This document shows positions 1-12,020 of a DNA stretch of 64,000 bases, piece by piece. A model generated the notes under the pieces. That model saw nothing but the letters and a program-made list of their open reading frames with translations. It did not search any database and was not told where the DNA came from. Position 1 is the first letter of the stretch. The number at the start of each line of letters is the position of its first letter. The stretch lies in the NCBI GenBank assembly GCA_001724265.1, contig MEDY01000089.1:1-64000 (forward strand), read 5' to 3'. The position numbers were made by a program, and so were the translations under genes. This DNA comes from Rhizaria sp. SCN 62-66. Lineage: Eukaryota.

Positions 1-722
1 GAGGGATGATGTGCCGTTCTGCAGCCCGGCCCATTGAAAGTCGCGCACCTGGGTGTTGCGCACCAAACGGTAAAGGGGCCTCGCTTGCTCGTTGGCGACT
101 GCGAGCACGACAGCGTTCCACGAGTCATTGCGGCTATGCGACTGGGCCTTAGCAGCCTCAATCGGGATCTCGGCCTTGAGGAAGACGAGCACATCCGCCT
201 GAAAATGGACGATGCCGGTAACGCCGCCTGCTCGCACGGGGTAGCAGCGCTCAGCACGACTGTCTGCTAGTAGATGCGCAAGTCGGGCGCGGGTGCCGTC
301 GCGACCTCAGCGAGCGTCGTGAGTGGTGTAGTCTCGTACGGCGTGTCGGGTGACGCTTCAGTGAGAGAGAGGAAGAAAGAGGGAGAGAGAGAGAGAGAGG
401 GGTGAGCCGACCATACCAAACAGTCAAACAAGCAAGGCAACAGAGCAACAGCAAGCAGAAACGTACCGACAGGCGCCGCAGCGGGGAGCAGGAGGGCGTC
501 GAGGGCTTCTTGGGAGCGAGTAACCCGCTCATGAGCCCCGTCCACCTTGTTGTAGACGTCAATCTTGGCCTTGATAAGGTCCTTCTCCAGCTTAAGTTCG
601 GTCAGCTGGGCCTGGATAATCGTGCGGAGCTCCTTGTCAACGGTCTTATACAGGGCCTGGTTGGCCTGTTCGAGGCGACGGAGGATGGAGTCCAGATCTT
701 TGAGCTGCTCGGGCGTAGCCAT
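1..722 (-). CDS. Hypothetical protein with N-terminal coiled coil, running off the window edge; contains one in-frame TAG and an apparent 1-nt frameshift
   Basis: ATG at 722 (MATPEQLKDLDSILRRLEQANQ..., heptad-like). Exon 722-467, intron 466-356 (GTACGT...CT-rich...AAG, 111 nt), exon from 355. In-frame TAG at 269-267 is followed by CAG ACA GTC GTG. A GC3-rich frame (VRAGGVTGIVHFQADVLVFLKAEIPIE...GTSSL) runs to base 1 but needs one extra C in the CCCC run at 238-241. Confidence 0.5.
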
Positions 723-1094
723 GTTTCTGCGCAATAAAAGCAAACAAACAGCAACAAAAGGTAAACGATTAGCAAGAGGCAAGCCATTCCATGGTCGGTG
801 TGAAGAAGGGCGAGCAACCAAAGAGGTCCAACTCCGCGCTGCGCTGGTGGCGACATCAACTCGACCCCTCTTCCTGCCTCGTAAAACAAGCGTCAAACAC
901 TGCCACCAAACAAAGCAATCAGAACACAACAAACATAAAAATAAGCAACCATTCCCATCTCAAGAGCACCTGTCTGCATGCCGTTTTCCTCACCCCAAAG
1001 TTCCTCTGGGAGCCGAAGGAAGGTCGCCTCCCGTCACCAGTCCGTTGGGCTGCGAATGTCAATGAGGTCTGCCAGGGTCGTTTTTGGGCATTTA

Positions 1095-2615
1095 GTCATA
1101 GCAATTTTCGCGATCTTCATTATACATCACATTCAACCCATAAACCGTTTCATCACACAAAATCGCCGTCGTGTTTGTGCGCAAATGGCTAGCAATCTCA
1201 CATTGTAGTTGCGCACACGTCGACACCACCTGCCCCGCCAGGGGTTGTTAGGAAAAGTGACTGTGAGCAGGGGTTCTCAAAACCTCGTTTTGAAGGTAGG
1301 TCCGTAACAGATTTTATCAATAATATAGATGAAGATTGTTATGAAACAATTTCTTATTTCCGAGATATGTGCAATGCTCAGTTTAATAAATTATGAAATA
1401 TTTTAAAATTGTGGTTGGAATCGTTCTTAGGTCCATATCCAGGATTTACGAAAAAACTAATATCGCAGAAACCGCGATATATAAACTTTTTGGTGAATAT
1501 AAAACTCGTTTTTTGATGAAATTTTGATTTCTGTGTTTAAGTTTTGATTCTGCAAGTACCTTAGCCATAACCATTCGTCTTGAAGTCAGTTTCTGAAAGT
1601 AACTATAGAGTCAAAGTCGGGACACTTAAAATAAGAATTTATTTGTGAAATTTGTAAATATACAAAATTAACCTAGTTAATTTACTATCTAAAGTGTCAC
1701 CACGTTAAGAAAAACGAGATTTTTTAAGTTAAAGTTTGATTATAAAGAGATATAGTCCGTAATAGTTAAGTAGCCGATTTCGCACGAGTGACCTACCAAG
1801 CGTTTGGTGGTCTTCTGATCAGGGGATTTCTCAAAGTGACATAAATCTCCACTGTAAGGTAGTAATTATAATAGCATTCCAATAAAGGTGCGAATCGTGA
1901 GAACTGAGTATCATCACGAGTCTCTGGATAGCATTCAGTGACATGGACTCACCCCTTGCCAGTCAAGTCTGAGTGTGACTCTCATGATGAATCGAGGTCC
2001 GAATGGTTATACTAAGCAATACATCCGACGTATTATTAATATTATTGACCAGCCCCAAACACATTTTTCACCCCATTGTGAGATATTAACCATAAGGATG
2101 AGCTGATGTGGGTTGGTGTTGACACGGCCGGCCGGGCTCAAGGGCCCATAGCGGAGCGGAGGTATCATAAAAGACGCAGAAAACTACAAGCGGTGTCAAA
2201 TTTTTGATTTAGAAGTGCGATGATGATGAGCCCGCGGCCAGTGAAGCCCCAGTGACTGCCACAGTCAAATGACGCGAAATGATATTATCACAACATGCAT
2301 GTGCTAATATAACGCAAGGTAGTACAATTCAATGTTTGAACAACATAAATGACGGGAATATTACAGATAATTAATTATTACCGATGAAATTGCACATATT
2401 TCAACATGTGTCACAAGAATGACGATGATCTGAGCTTTACTTGATATTTTGAGAACCCCACCGGAAGGGACGGGGCGGGTGATGTCGAAGAGTGCGCAAC
2501 TGCAATGTGAGATTGCTACCCATTTGCGCACAAGCACGACGGCGATTTTGTGTGATGATATAGTGTTTATGGATTAAGTATGATGTATAATGAAGATATC
2601 GAAAATTATTATGAC
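1095..2615. mobile_element. Degenerate non-autonomous element (or paired element ends) bounded by long imperfect inverted repeats
   Basis: Arm 1095-1282 matches the reverse complement of arm 2447-2615. The core 1151-1216 vs 2492-2557 is identical at 63/66 nt. Inner ends carry GGGGTTCTCAAAA / TTTTGAGAACCCC. The interior is AT-rich with no recognisable transposase ORF, and no target-site duplication was identified. Confidence 0.6.
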
Positions 2616-3149
2616 AACGAGGTTAAATGTTGTGAACGTTCGGATTTGTTAGAACGAAGCGGCAGTGGACAACATGTGGACTAACTGACCTTTAAATGTG
2701 CATTTACACAATTCTACGACGTGCTCTTCATGCAGAACCCTCGGACTTGCCCACAGGGGTTAAGTTTGTACTTTCCAAGATGGGGAGATTAGATGTTGTA
2801 GACGTAGAATTTAAGGAGATCTATGATGTTTATATGCAAGGATACCAAGGAATAAGCTCAATTATGCTGTATATCGAAGACTGTATTGGGGAAATAAAAA
2901 TTAAGTTCGTACTTTCCAAGAACCTCAACCTCAAGCGTCTTTTCGGGGAAAGCAAATGTGAAGGATAGCATCCTGACTGCTGACATTTAGTTTGGTTTGT
3001 ATAATCTTTGCATATAGTTATATTATATTGTTATTTTTGGTTGACATTCATGGTTTGTATCATTCACATTCTGCAGTGGCAAACGCTGACCTTCCTCTTT
3101 TCTCACACTTTTTTTTTTGTGTGTGACCATTTTAGTCAACGTTACAACG

Positions 3150-3692
3150 ATGCTTGGGGCTTGTTTCCGCTCGCTTGCGTCCCACACTGTCAGCAAGAGC
3201 GTGTGCAATGGTTTCTTACGGGCTATGTCGACCGGTCCTGTCGCAACAGGCATTACGTCGTCGGCGCCTCTGCCTGCGGCGCCTCGACCGACGGCACCCG
3301 CACCTACGTCGTCCACGGTGACTGCTGTTGCTGAGTTTGCCGCTTTGACGACGAAGCATATCGCGCCCGTTGTCTTTTTTTTCACCACTGCGTGTGTTAC
3401 TGTGGGTGTTTGGCTGCACCGCAGCATCGAGGACTCGTCCCGCGACACCCGCGCCGACATCGCCACCTTCCGCACCGAGATGACCCACGCCCACAACGCC
3501 ATGCGCGCCGAGATGGCCAGCGACCGCGCCGAGCGCCACGCCGAGATGGCCAGCGACCGCGCCGAGCGCCGCGCCGAGCAGCGTGATGCGAATGCGCGTC
3601 TTGACAACATCATGAACATGTTTGTGACCAACAAACTTGCCTCTGGCGCATCCTCGTCCACCAACACCGCCAACAACACAAACAGTAACTGA
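3150..3692 (+). CDS. Putative mitochondrial single-pass membrane protein with C-terminal coiled coil (180 aa)
   Basis: ATG 3150, TGA 3690-3692. The acid-free R/S-rich N-terminus (MLGACFRSLASHTVSKSVCNGFLRAMST) resembles a presequence. Hydrophobic stretch IAPVVFFFTTACVTVGVWL, then GC3-rich helical repeats AEMASDRAER. Confidence 0.6.
   Translation: MLGACFRSLASHTVSKSVCNGFLRAMSTGPVATGITSSAPLPAAPRPTAPAPTSSTVTAVAEFAALTTKHIAPVVFFFTTACVTVGVWLHRSIEDSSRDTRADIATFRTEMTHAHNAMRAEMASDRAERHAEMASDRAERRAEQRDANARLDNIMNMFVTNKLASGASSSTNTANNTNSN
3506..3578 (+). repeat. 33-nt coding tandem duplication (11-aa unit AEMASDRAERH/R)
   Basis: CGCCGAGATGGCCAGCGACCGCGCCGAGCGCC at 3506 and again at 3539. Confidence 0.9.
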
Positions 3693-4322
3693 ACATGTTG
3701 CCGACTGCGCATATTGTTTTCATCATCTTGATCATTGATATCCTCATCAGCATTGGGTGTCGCTCGTCTGGATGATAAACAGTAGTCCACGGCCGGTTTT
3801 CATCGGCGCTCTCATCGACAGCTCACTGTTGTTTGTTGTTTCTCATTTTCTTTGTCACCGACCGTCTCACCAACTATTAATATTACGTTTTACATCGACC
3901 GTGACACTGTTCTGTGACGCACGACATTTGCAATATACATGTACATACATCATAATTTATTTATTTTTAAACGGTTTCAGTTGTTACAACCGACAATTAG
4001 CATAAAATATCAAGTTTCACAGGCTCACACTGGGGCAAACACCAAACGTCAATTCCAAGCAGCCACATAAAGGTGGTGATTCCTGTGTACACACATTTCG
4101 TTTTCATGTGAACACACAGTCTCTTTTTCTGTAAAAACACAATCATCAAAGTATATAATTCGAATTATACACGTGCTTCTTATTGTTTTCATAGAAAAAG
4201 AGAGTCTGTGTACATAGGAAAACGAACTGTGTGTACACGGGAAACACAATCTTTATTACGCGGCCGGCAAATGATGTGTGAAGGAGATTTTATGCAGAAC
4301 GTCGGCTGTAACAGAGGCCGCG

Positions 4323-4349
4323 CCTTTCACCCTTTTCAAGGGTGAAAGG
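4323..4349. repeat. Perfect 12-bp hairpin with 3-nt loop
   Basis: CCTTTCACCCTT-TTC-AAGGGTGAAAGG. Confidence 0.85.
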
Positions 4350-4361
4350 TTGATGTGACAC

Positions 4362-4612
4362 CGTTTAATTTCGTTCATATTTCACCACTCAACCACACGG
4401 AAATGTCAAATATGCCATGTAATAACCATTAAAAAGGCATGTAGATGACCAAGGCGCGGGGCTGTTGTACATCATGCGGCGGCTTACTTATGGATCTACA
4501 TGAAAAGCAATGTATTAATAGTTAAATTTTATGTCATAATGTCCATCAATTCACCATGTAAACCAACCATTTAGCCGGTAAAATTTTGTCGAAATATGAA
4601 TGAATTTAAACG
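4362..4612. mobile_element. Possible MITE-like remnant with ~22-bp imperfect terminal inverted repeats
   Basis: The reverse complement of CGTTTAATTTCGTTCATATTTC (4362-4383) matches GAAATATGAATGAATTTAAACG (4591-4612) at 20/22 nt. AT-rich non-coding interior; no clear TSD. Confidence 0.4.
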
Positions 4613-5297
4613 CTGCCATGAAGCATGATATTAGTTCCGATGACAAATCATTACGTTGGTGCAAAATGATCCACTTGCCTTCCACCCAGCTTTTAGGCAT
4701 AAATGCGCTCACAAGCACGCAAAAATTGGTTGTTGCCACGTTTTGCACATAGGCTTTGACCTTTAAGTGCATCGTACATCCCTTATAATGATCATCTCAC
4801 GCCGCTGGCGCCGACGGGGCCTGTACTTCATGTGAACTGGCCACAACTTTCTCGGAGCGCTGGATGACTGGGTGAAACATATACAGTACTTAAGAAAAAA
4901 TATGGAAGAATTATATTTTCAAACACTACAAAAATTGGAAAATGCAGTTATAGTGTTAATTGACGGAAAAAACACAGATATCTGCGCCCTATTCAAGTTG
5001 CTATGAGGAATCCGGCGGGTTCCCATGATGACGACTCTATATGGCTAAGATAAGAGTGAAAAATAGAAGAATGACAAGGAATGTTGAGCAAGTTATACAG
5101 CGTATGAGTATGCATGATGCAGTGTCGTGATGGAGAGAACGAGAGTAAGGTGAGTCGAGATTGAAAGTCGAGATGTATTTTAGAATGTCGTATTATGCTA
5201 AATAAACGCTTGATTTGAGATCTATCTATGTAGTCGTTACTTTAGATAGAGCTTTCGTTCCAAGCTCCTTGATCATGGGAAGGCAAGCTGAGAAGAC

Positions 5298-8200
5298 TTA
5301 GTGAAAGTTGTGTTGCATTGTGTGATAGTATTCGCCTTCATACATCACCATCGACGGCCCATTGTCCACCGCATTCACGCTGCCGCCATTGACGGGGCCA
5401 GCAGTCGCAACTTCAACAGCGACCGCAGCAGCAGCAGCAGCAGCAGCAGTTTTCTCAGTGCCAGTCAGATCAGCAGCAGTGTTGGTAGTGTCGTCATCGT
5501 CGAGAACGATAACATCGTCAGCAGCAACAGCGTTAGCGCCAGTGGCAAGCCCTGCAGCAGTAACAGCAGCGCCATTGTTAGCCTCGTAACCGCTGCTTCC
5601 ACGTTCGCGACCAACACTGTCATTGACTTCATCATTGTCGTTGTCGCCGTCGTCGCCGTCGTCGTCACTGTCGCCGACCGAGCCCAGCACGAGCCGCAGC
5701 GGCTTGATGGCGTCTGACTGAGACATGACGTCGTAATCACCCTGTTTGTCGCCATGCACAGTTTTGGTGAGGGGATCTCCAAGATGACACTGCTGATTCT
5801 GTTTCTGCTGCAGTGGCTGCTATTGCTGATGCTGCGACTGCTGCTGCAGGTGCACCGATTGCTGCTGCTGCTGCTGCTGCTGCTACGAGTCACCACCGTT
5901 GCCGTCTATGAGCACGCTGTTGAACTGATGATAGTAGCCGCCGCTGCCTTGTCCAGGCTGCATTCGACCGAAATCCCCCCACCGGCAACCGCCACCGCCA
6001 TTGTCACAGGCGCTGTGACTCGCACTGTTCTTTGTGAGAGAGCTGTCGCCGTTGCTAGAGGTCATCAGCGACTGCGAGCGCGCAGTCCTTTGCTGTTGGT
6101 GCTGTTGTTCCTGTACAAGCAGCGGAGCAACGCTCACATCGGTGGCAGGAGTAACATTCGGGTTGACAGCAACAACAGCAGCAGCAAAAGTCTCTGAAAA
6201 GCGCCTCGCTACAGTCTCAGAAAAGCGGCGCCTCGCTACAGTGTGCCGCTCTGCGGGGGCGGGTGCGGCCACCGGTGACAGCGGCTGCAGCGGCGGCGGG
6301 CTCTGCGGCGGCGAGCCAGACCCGAACGCCGCGAACGCCGTGGTTTCGTGCGCGAGCGCGGTGTGGGACTGGCTCTGCATCTCCAGCTGCAGTCGCAGAA
6401 GCAGCTGCGCCTGCGCCTGTGCGCGCGCCTCTGCGCCCCCCGCCTCGGCCTCAGACCCAGTCTTAGCTTTAGTCATAGCGCCCGCGGCAGTCTGCGCATG
6501 CGCATGCGCCTGCGCCTGTTCCTGTTCCGGCTGAGACTCTTGTTGCGACTGCGGCTGCAAGTGCGGCGGCGACTGCTGTTGCTGCTGCATTGGCGAAGAT
6601 TGCGGTTGCGACTGGGATTGCGACATGAACAGGACGTACGGCTTGAGGTTAAACATCGACTGTGACTGTCCGAGCGCGTCTGCGTCGTCGGTGCGACTCG
6701 CATCGCTATATACAACGACGCTGCCGTTCCTATCTTTGGCGGCACTCGCACGAGCAGCTGTCGCAGCAGCAGCAGATGTCACACCGCTCGTCTTCACGGC
6801 CAGAGGGCTAGCGACTGCGAGAGCAGATAAGGTGCGAGAGCTCAGGTCGATCGCTGCCGTCGTCGTCGCGTGGCGGCTTAACTTAGCGCCGCCGCCGGCA
6901 GCAAGGCCGCGACTGTGACTGTCTCTGTTGACGCCAGTGTTACTAGAGCTGCGGTGCACAGTAGTGCTTCTGTAGTTGCTCTTGGTCATGATGATGTCGA
7001 TCATATCGACGTCATTCGCGCGTGTCCGGGGCGACGGGGTGTACCCCGTAATAATGACGCCTGGCGACACGTTGACGGCGCTCTCGGCGTCCGTTGCCGG
7101 CACGATCACGGCGTCATCACTCGCGTCACCACCGCCATCACCACCAGCAGCAGCGGCGGCGGCTGCCGCGGCGGCGCGTTCGGCAGCGGCCTTCTTGTCG
7201 GCCTCTGCGGCGGCCCTCAGAGCCAGCGCGGCGGCGACGCTCCTGGCAACCTCGGCGACACGGTCGCTCTGAGGGGGCTGCTTAGACTGTGGACTAAGGG
7301 GCGACGCGAGCTCGGCGCCGCCCTCAGCGCCAGCGCCAGCGCCAGCGTTGTCGTTGCCAGTGCCCGCGGTGATAGCGGCGCTTGTGAGAGCGTTTGCGCT
7401 AGGGGACATACTGGCCAAGCGACGCTTCTTCTGGCAACCACTGCCGCTCGCGGCAGCGTTGTCGCGGCTGCGGTCGCCGCAGTCCTCAGACTCTGAGCCC
7501 GAACCCGTCTTCAACTCGGACAGGCGCCGCTCACGAGGTGCTCGAGAGCGTGACTTGGAGGACAGCAACAGTCTCGACGCGGCGCCAGTGACATCATCGC
7601 CGTCACTGTCACTGCCGGTCTCGGAGTCCGTCCCGTTGACTGAGCTCGAGTTGGCGTCAGACTGCGTGAATCCGGTTGTCTCGTTGTTGACCCAGTAACC
7701 CTGAGGCGACGGCGCGCGCCCGAAAGCGAAGCCGCCTCGGTCCACAGCGGCGGTGGCGGTGGCGGCGGCAGTGGTTTTGGGGCTGCGGAACGCGGCCAAA
7801 CGGGCTCCGATCGAGAGATGAGGGCCGATACCGCCGGCACGGCCACCGCCGACGAGACCACCGCTGACGCCGCCGCGGCCGCGAGAGTTGCTGCCCGCGC
7901 TGGCGGCGTGTCTATTCGCAGCCGGAGGCCCATTTGCAGCAGCAGCAGCAGCAGCGCTCTCGGCGGCGGCGGCGAGGGCGGCGGTGGCGGGAGTGCCGCA
8001 GGCCGTCGCGACCGCCGAGGCCAACGAGCCCGCAAGGGACAGCGGCGCCGACTCAGTGCCAGCGCCAGCGCCAGTGCCGGTGAAAGCGCCAGTGCCAGCA
8101 GCAGCAGCGGCAGCGGCCGCGTTGAGCGGTGCAGTGAGGGCGCGCTTGAGGCCGCGGGACTGGGACTGGACGATGCTCTCACTGGTGATGCTGAGGTAGG

Positions 8201-10769
8201 CCGAGAGAGTCGCATCGCGGGCAGCAGCGGCGGCGTTTGCTCTGGTTCTGTTGTTGTACACTGTGTGAGGGTTGTAACTGGGAGCGTAGACGTTTCTCGA
8301 TCCGTATCCGCTATTTGAATTGTTGTTATAATGTTGCTGCTGCTGCTGCTGCGGTTGTTGATTCACGCTCGCAGCAGCACTCACTGCTTGACCGTTATCA
8401 TTGCAATGGCTGTTCACGTACAGAGCAAGAAACGGCACGGAAATCGCCTTGTCCCGGCCCGCAGCGGCTTGACTTTTCTTCGACGCGGCGTGACTTTTGT
8501 TCGCCTCGAGCTCGCCCCGCACGACGCCAACCGCGGTGCGCGCCGCGTCGGCTTCCTTCTGCAGCCGCAAATCGAGCTTGCTGAAGTCCTTCGCGGCGGC
8601 GGCGGCGGCGGTGGCAGTAGCGGCGGCAGCGGCGGCGGCCGCGGTCGCATGAGGGCCAGCGGCGACGGCAGTCACAGCGGCAGCGGCGGCAGCAGTGGCG
8701 TTGACAGTGGCGGCGGCGGCGGCGGCGGCGGTGGTCGCTGCTGCGGCCTCCGCGATAGCCAGTCGCGCGCTGCCAGAGGCCTCGAGGAAGGCGAGCAAGT
8801 TAAGCCGCCACTCGGCGGGCGTCGAGAGCACCGTCGCGGCCGCAGGGAACGTGATCGCGACCGTGGGCGTGACTGTGGGCTGCGGTTGAGAGATGTGGGG
8901 CTGAGAGCTGCGAGCTGCTGCTGCTGCTGCTGCGGCGGCGGCTGCTGTGCTGTTCGCGGCGGCTGAGGCGGACGCAAAGGGCGTGTCGGCGGCAGTTGCG
9001 AGACTGCTGTGACCGTTATCGTGACTGCCGTGGGTGTAAGGGGTGCCGAGGAGCCAGTCCATGACTGTGCTTAGGTCTCGGTCGCTAGGACTTGCACTTG
9101 CCCCATTTGCACAACTCTGCTCACAGCAGTCAGTCATTCGCACCTGTTGTTGTTGTTGCTGCTGTTGCTGTTGCTGCTTGTGGTATTGATAGCGACAGAG
9201 TGCGAGCGCGCGGGTGACAAAAGCCGCCTCGTGCGAAAGATAGGCCGCGTCACGCGAAAGGTAAGCCGTATCAGACGGAGAGTAGGCCGCAGAAGCGGAG
9301 GCCAAGGAACTGTGAGCACCTAATAAGTGACTGTGAGCGGCCGACAAGTGACTGTGGGCTGGGCCCAGGGCAATGTAGTGCGCAGTCGCAGCCAGAGGCG
9401 CGAGAATTTGCTGTTGTAGCTGAGCCTGAGCCTGCGGTTGAAGCTGAGGCTGAGATTGTAATTGTGCACTCGCACTCGAGCTTTCGTTGGCAGCGCGTGA
9501 TTGCTGCTGCTGCAGCTGTAGTGGCAAGCGAGAGCGTGAGTGTGACTGAGTACCCGAGCGCGTGGGAGTATGCAAGTGTGTTTGAGGATGCGAGTGACCG
9601 TGAGCATCCGAGGGACCGTGAGCATCCGCGGCACCGGCACCTGCCGCGATCAGCGACTCGAGCTGCACTGGCGCCCGCGCTGGCGCCTGCGCTGCTGCAG
9701 CATTCCCATTAGCATTATCACTGGCATTCGCATTAGCACTGACGCTGGCACTGGCACTGGCGGGGGCGGCAGCGGCGTCGGCGTCGGCGTCGGTGTCGGC
9801 GACAGACACTCCAGGGCTCGTTCGCGCGCTGCTATCGGCGTCTGCATTGTTGGCATTGATGTGATTGGTGATATTGTTATTGTTCTTATGCTCTTGTTTC
9901 AAAACGAGTGCGCGCTGGCAGTCAGGTGCGCTCTCAGTCGCCGCACTCGCCCCAGCCCCCGGCTCACTATCTCCCGTGTTTATCGTGTTGCCCGTGTCAG
10001 TCCCTTGCGCGTCAGCGGCGTCGGCGTCAGTGTCTTTGGTTATGTCGGTGTTTGCATGCTTTGGTGCCACGGCAGTAAATTCAGTCGCAGCAGATGTTGT
10101 AATCCCAACAGCTTTAACAGTGTCAGTCTCCGATTCAATCCCAGTATTTGCTTCAAATGCAGCAACAACAGCAGTCGTCCCAGCTTTCACGGGAGCGTCT
10201 CCAGCAGCGCCGGTGACAGCAATATCAAGTGCCTACTTCGCGGTGACACTGCAATTGTTGCCCCCCGAGCTCGTAACGACGGCGAGATACGCAGCAGACT
10301 TAGTTGTATGCGCTCCCGCAGCCGCATTCGGCACGTGCAACAACGCCGCTAAGGACGACGATGACGAAGACGACGATGAGGACGATGAGGACGGCACTGG
10401 CGACGCGGGCGCTGCAGCCGACGCCGCGTGCGGGCCATAAGCCAAGCCCGCGGAGCGCTGCTGCGAGAGCCGCTGCGACTGTGAACGTAAGTGCGAGTGC
10501 GAGTCCGACTGAGAGTCCGACTGAGAGGGCGACTGAGAGGGCGACTGAGGGGGCGACTGAAGGGGCGACTGAAGAAGCGACATCGGGAGCTGGAATACCG
10601 CCAGGCTCGCGAGGCGCGCTGAGGTATGCTCCAATGCGGCGGCGCTCTAACTGGCGCCGACACCGTCAACCGCTGTCAGTCCTGCGGCCGCGGTGTACGT
10701 GTCGGAGCCGGGACTGAGGCGCGGCGGGGCGGCGGGGCCGGCGCGGGGCGGGGAGTTGTCGGAGCTCAT
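5298..10769 (-). CDS. Intronless 1823-aa low-complexity (Ala/Ser/Gln-rich) hypothetical protein with four in-frame TAG codons
   Basis: ATG at 10769 (MSSDNSPPRAGP...). One frame joins track ORFs 10233..10634, 5883..10190 and 5298..5759. The only interruptions are TAG at 10649-10647, 10235-10233, 5885-5883 and 5822-5820. Ends TAA at 5300-5298, where AT-rich sequence begins. Confidence 0.8.
10501..10572 (-). repeat. Coding minisatellite, six 12-nt units (QSPL/QSPP/QSPS/QSDS)
   Basis: The plus strand reads GAGTCCGACTGA x2, GAGGGCGACTGA x2, GGGGGCGACTGA, AGGGGCGACTGA. Confidence 0.85.
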
Positions 10770-11227
10770 GCAGGATCGGCAGAGCGCGGCTGAGTGGACA
10801 GATAGAAGACTGCTGGAGAGAAAAATTAGAGCGAAAAATAATCAATTAAAAGTGGTTGTGAGTTATACCGGGGTTTTATCGGCCTTGACGATAAGTTGAA
10901 TGAGCTGAGGTGAGGGGACAAAATCAAATCTGGGCGCGGAGGCAAACCACCGAGAAACACCACAAAACAATTTAGCTCCAGATCGAACTTTCACTTCTTT
11001 GTTCTCGGCACCCCAGCCGTCTCTATTATCACAACTTCGGCAATGTTTTAACACCGCCTTTAATTGCTTATGTTTTTAATTGTTTTGTGCTCACATTTCG
11101 TTCTATCGCTGGCTCTGGCTTTGCTTTTGCCTAGAGTCGAGTCACCACCACACCTGGTTGTGTCTTCGCTATTCACCCCTAGACCTAGTCACAGCCTTCG
11201 CTCACGCGCTCAGCATTCTTCTCACCA

Positions 11228-12020
11228 ATGAGTAGTGGTACGTGTCTATCTTTATTTACTCTGTGTTTCTCCCGGAACTCTACTCTTTGCCTACTTTGAC
11301 GCTCGTTGTTACCTTTCTCTGATCCCTCCACTGAAGTGGTTTCTCATCTGCTCACTATCATTCTTGCACTCCCATATCTCTCTCTCAATCATATATCCCG
11401 TATTTTATGCTGAATTTGACGCTTTTGTCTCCTCTTATCACCCTCACAGAGGACCCTAGCAACGCCGTACTGCCCCTGGCTCGCATCAAGCGCCTGATGC
11501 GCAGCGACGAGGATGTTCGTGTACGTGACAACTGTGCCGCATATATCTCGCTGAAATCAAAATGTTTATCTTAAAGAACAACAAGGAACACTTTTATAGT
11601 TATGATAAATCAATCTGTATAACTTTGTGACACAATGTTCTACTTTCACCGACTTGTGTCAATTTGCCATACTCACTTAATCTCACTCCTCAATCTCTCC
11701 CCCATTTGCCGCCCCTCGCCCGCCGCCACCACTGACAGATGATCTCCGCTGAGACACCCGTGCTCTTCTCCCGCGCGTGCGAGCTCTTTATCGCGGACCT
11801 GACGTCCGCGGCGCACGCGGCGGCGCAGCAGGACGGCGAGCGCATCCTCGACCGCAACCACGTCATGCGCGCGATCGCCACGGACCCGCGCTTCGACTTC
11901 CTCCGCATGGTCATGCCCGCGAATCCGGCTGCGACGACCGCGGCGGGCGCCGGAGCGGGCGCCGCTGGCGTCGGCGCGGGCGGCATGATGGGCGACGGCG
12001 ACGACGAGGATGACGAGTAA
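11228..12020 (+). CDS. NF-YC/HAP5-like histone-fold protein (CBFD_NFYB_HMF family), 120 aa
   Basis: Exons 11228-11237, 11450-11520, 11739-12020; both introns GTACGT...CAG. The spliced protein has [39 protein letters not shown]...FDFL, the NF-YC/DPB3-type histone-fold signature. Stop TAA. Confidence 0.88.

Noticed and set aside
2696-2968. AT-rich 90-aa ORF ending in TAG with a 21-nt direct repeat (2760-2780, 2901-2921)
   Set aside because: Codon usage is unlike the host genes, there is no recognisable motif, and only two repeat copies exist, so it is not a CRISPR array. Not counted as a gene or as a TAG terminator.
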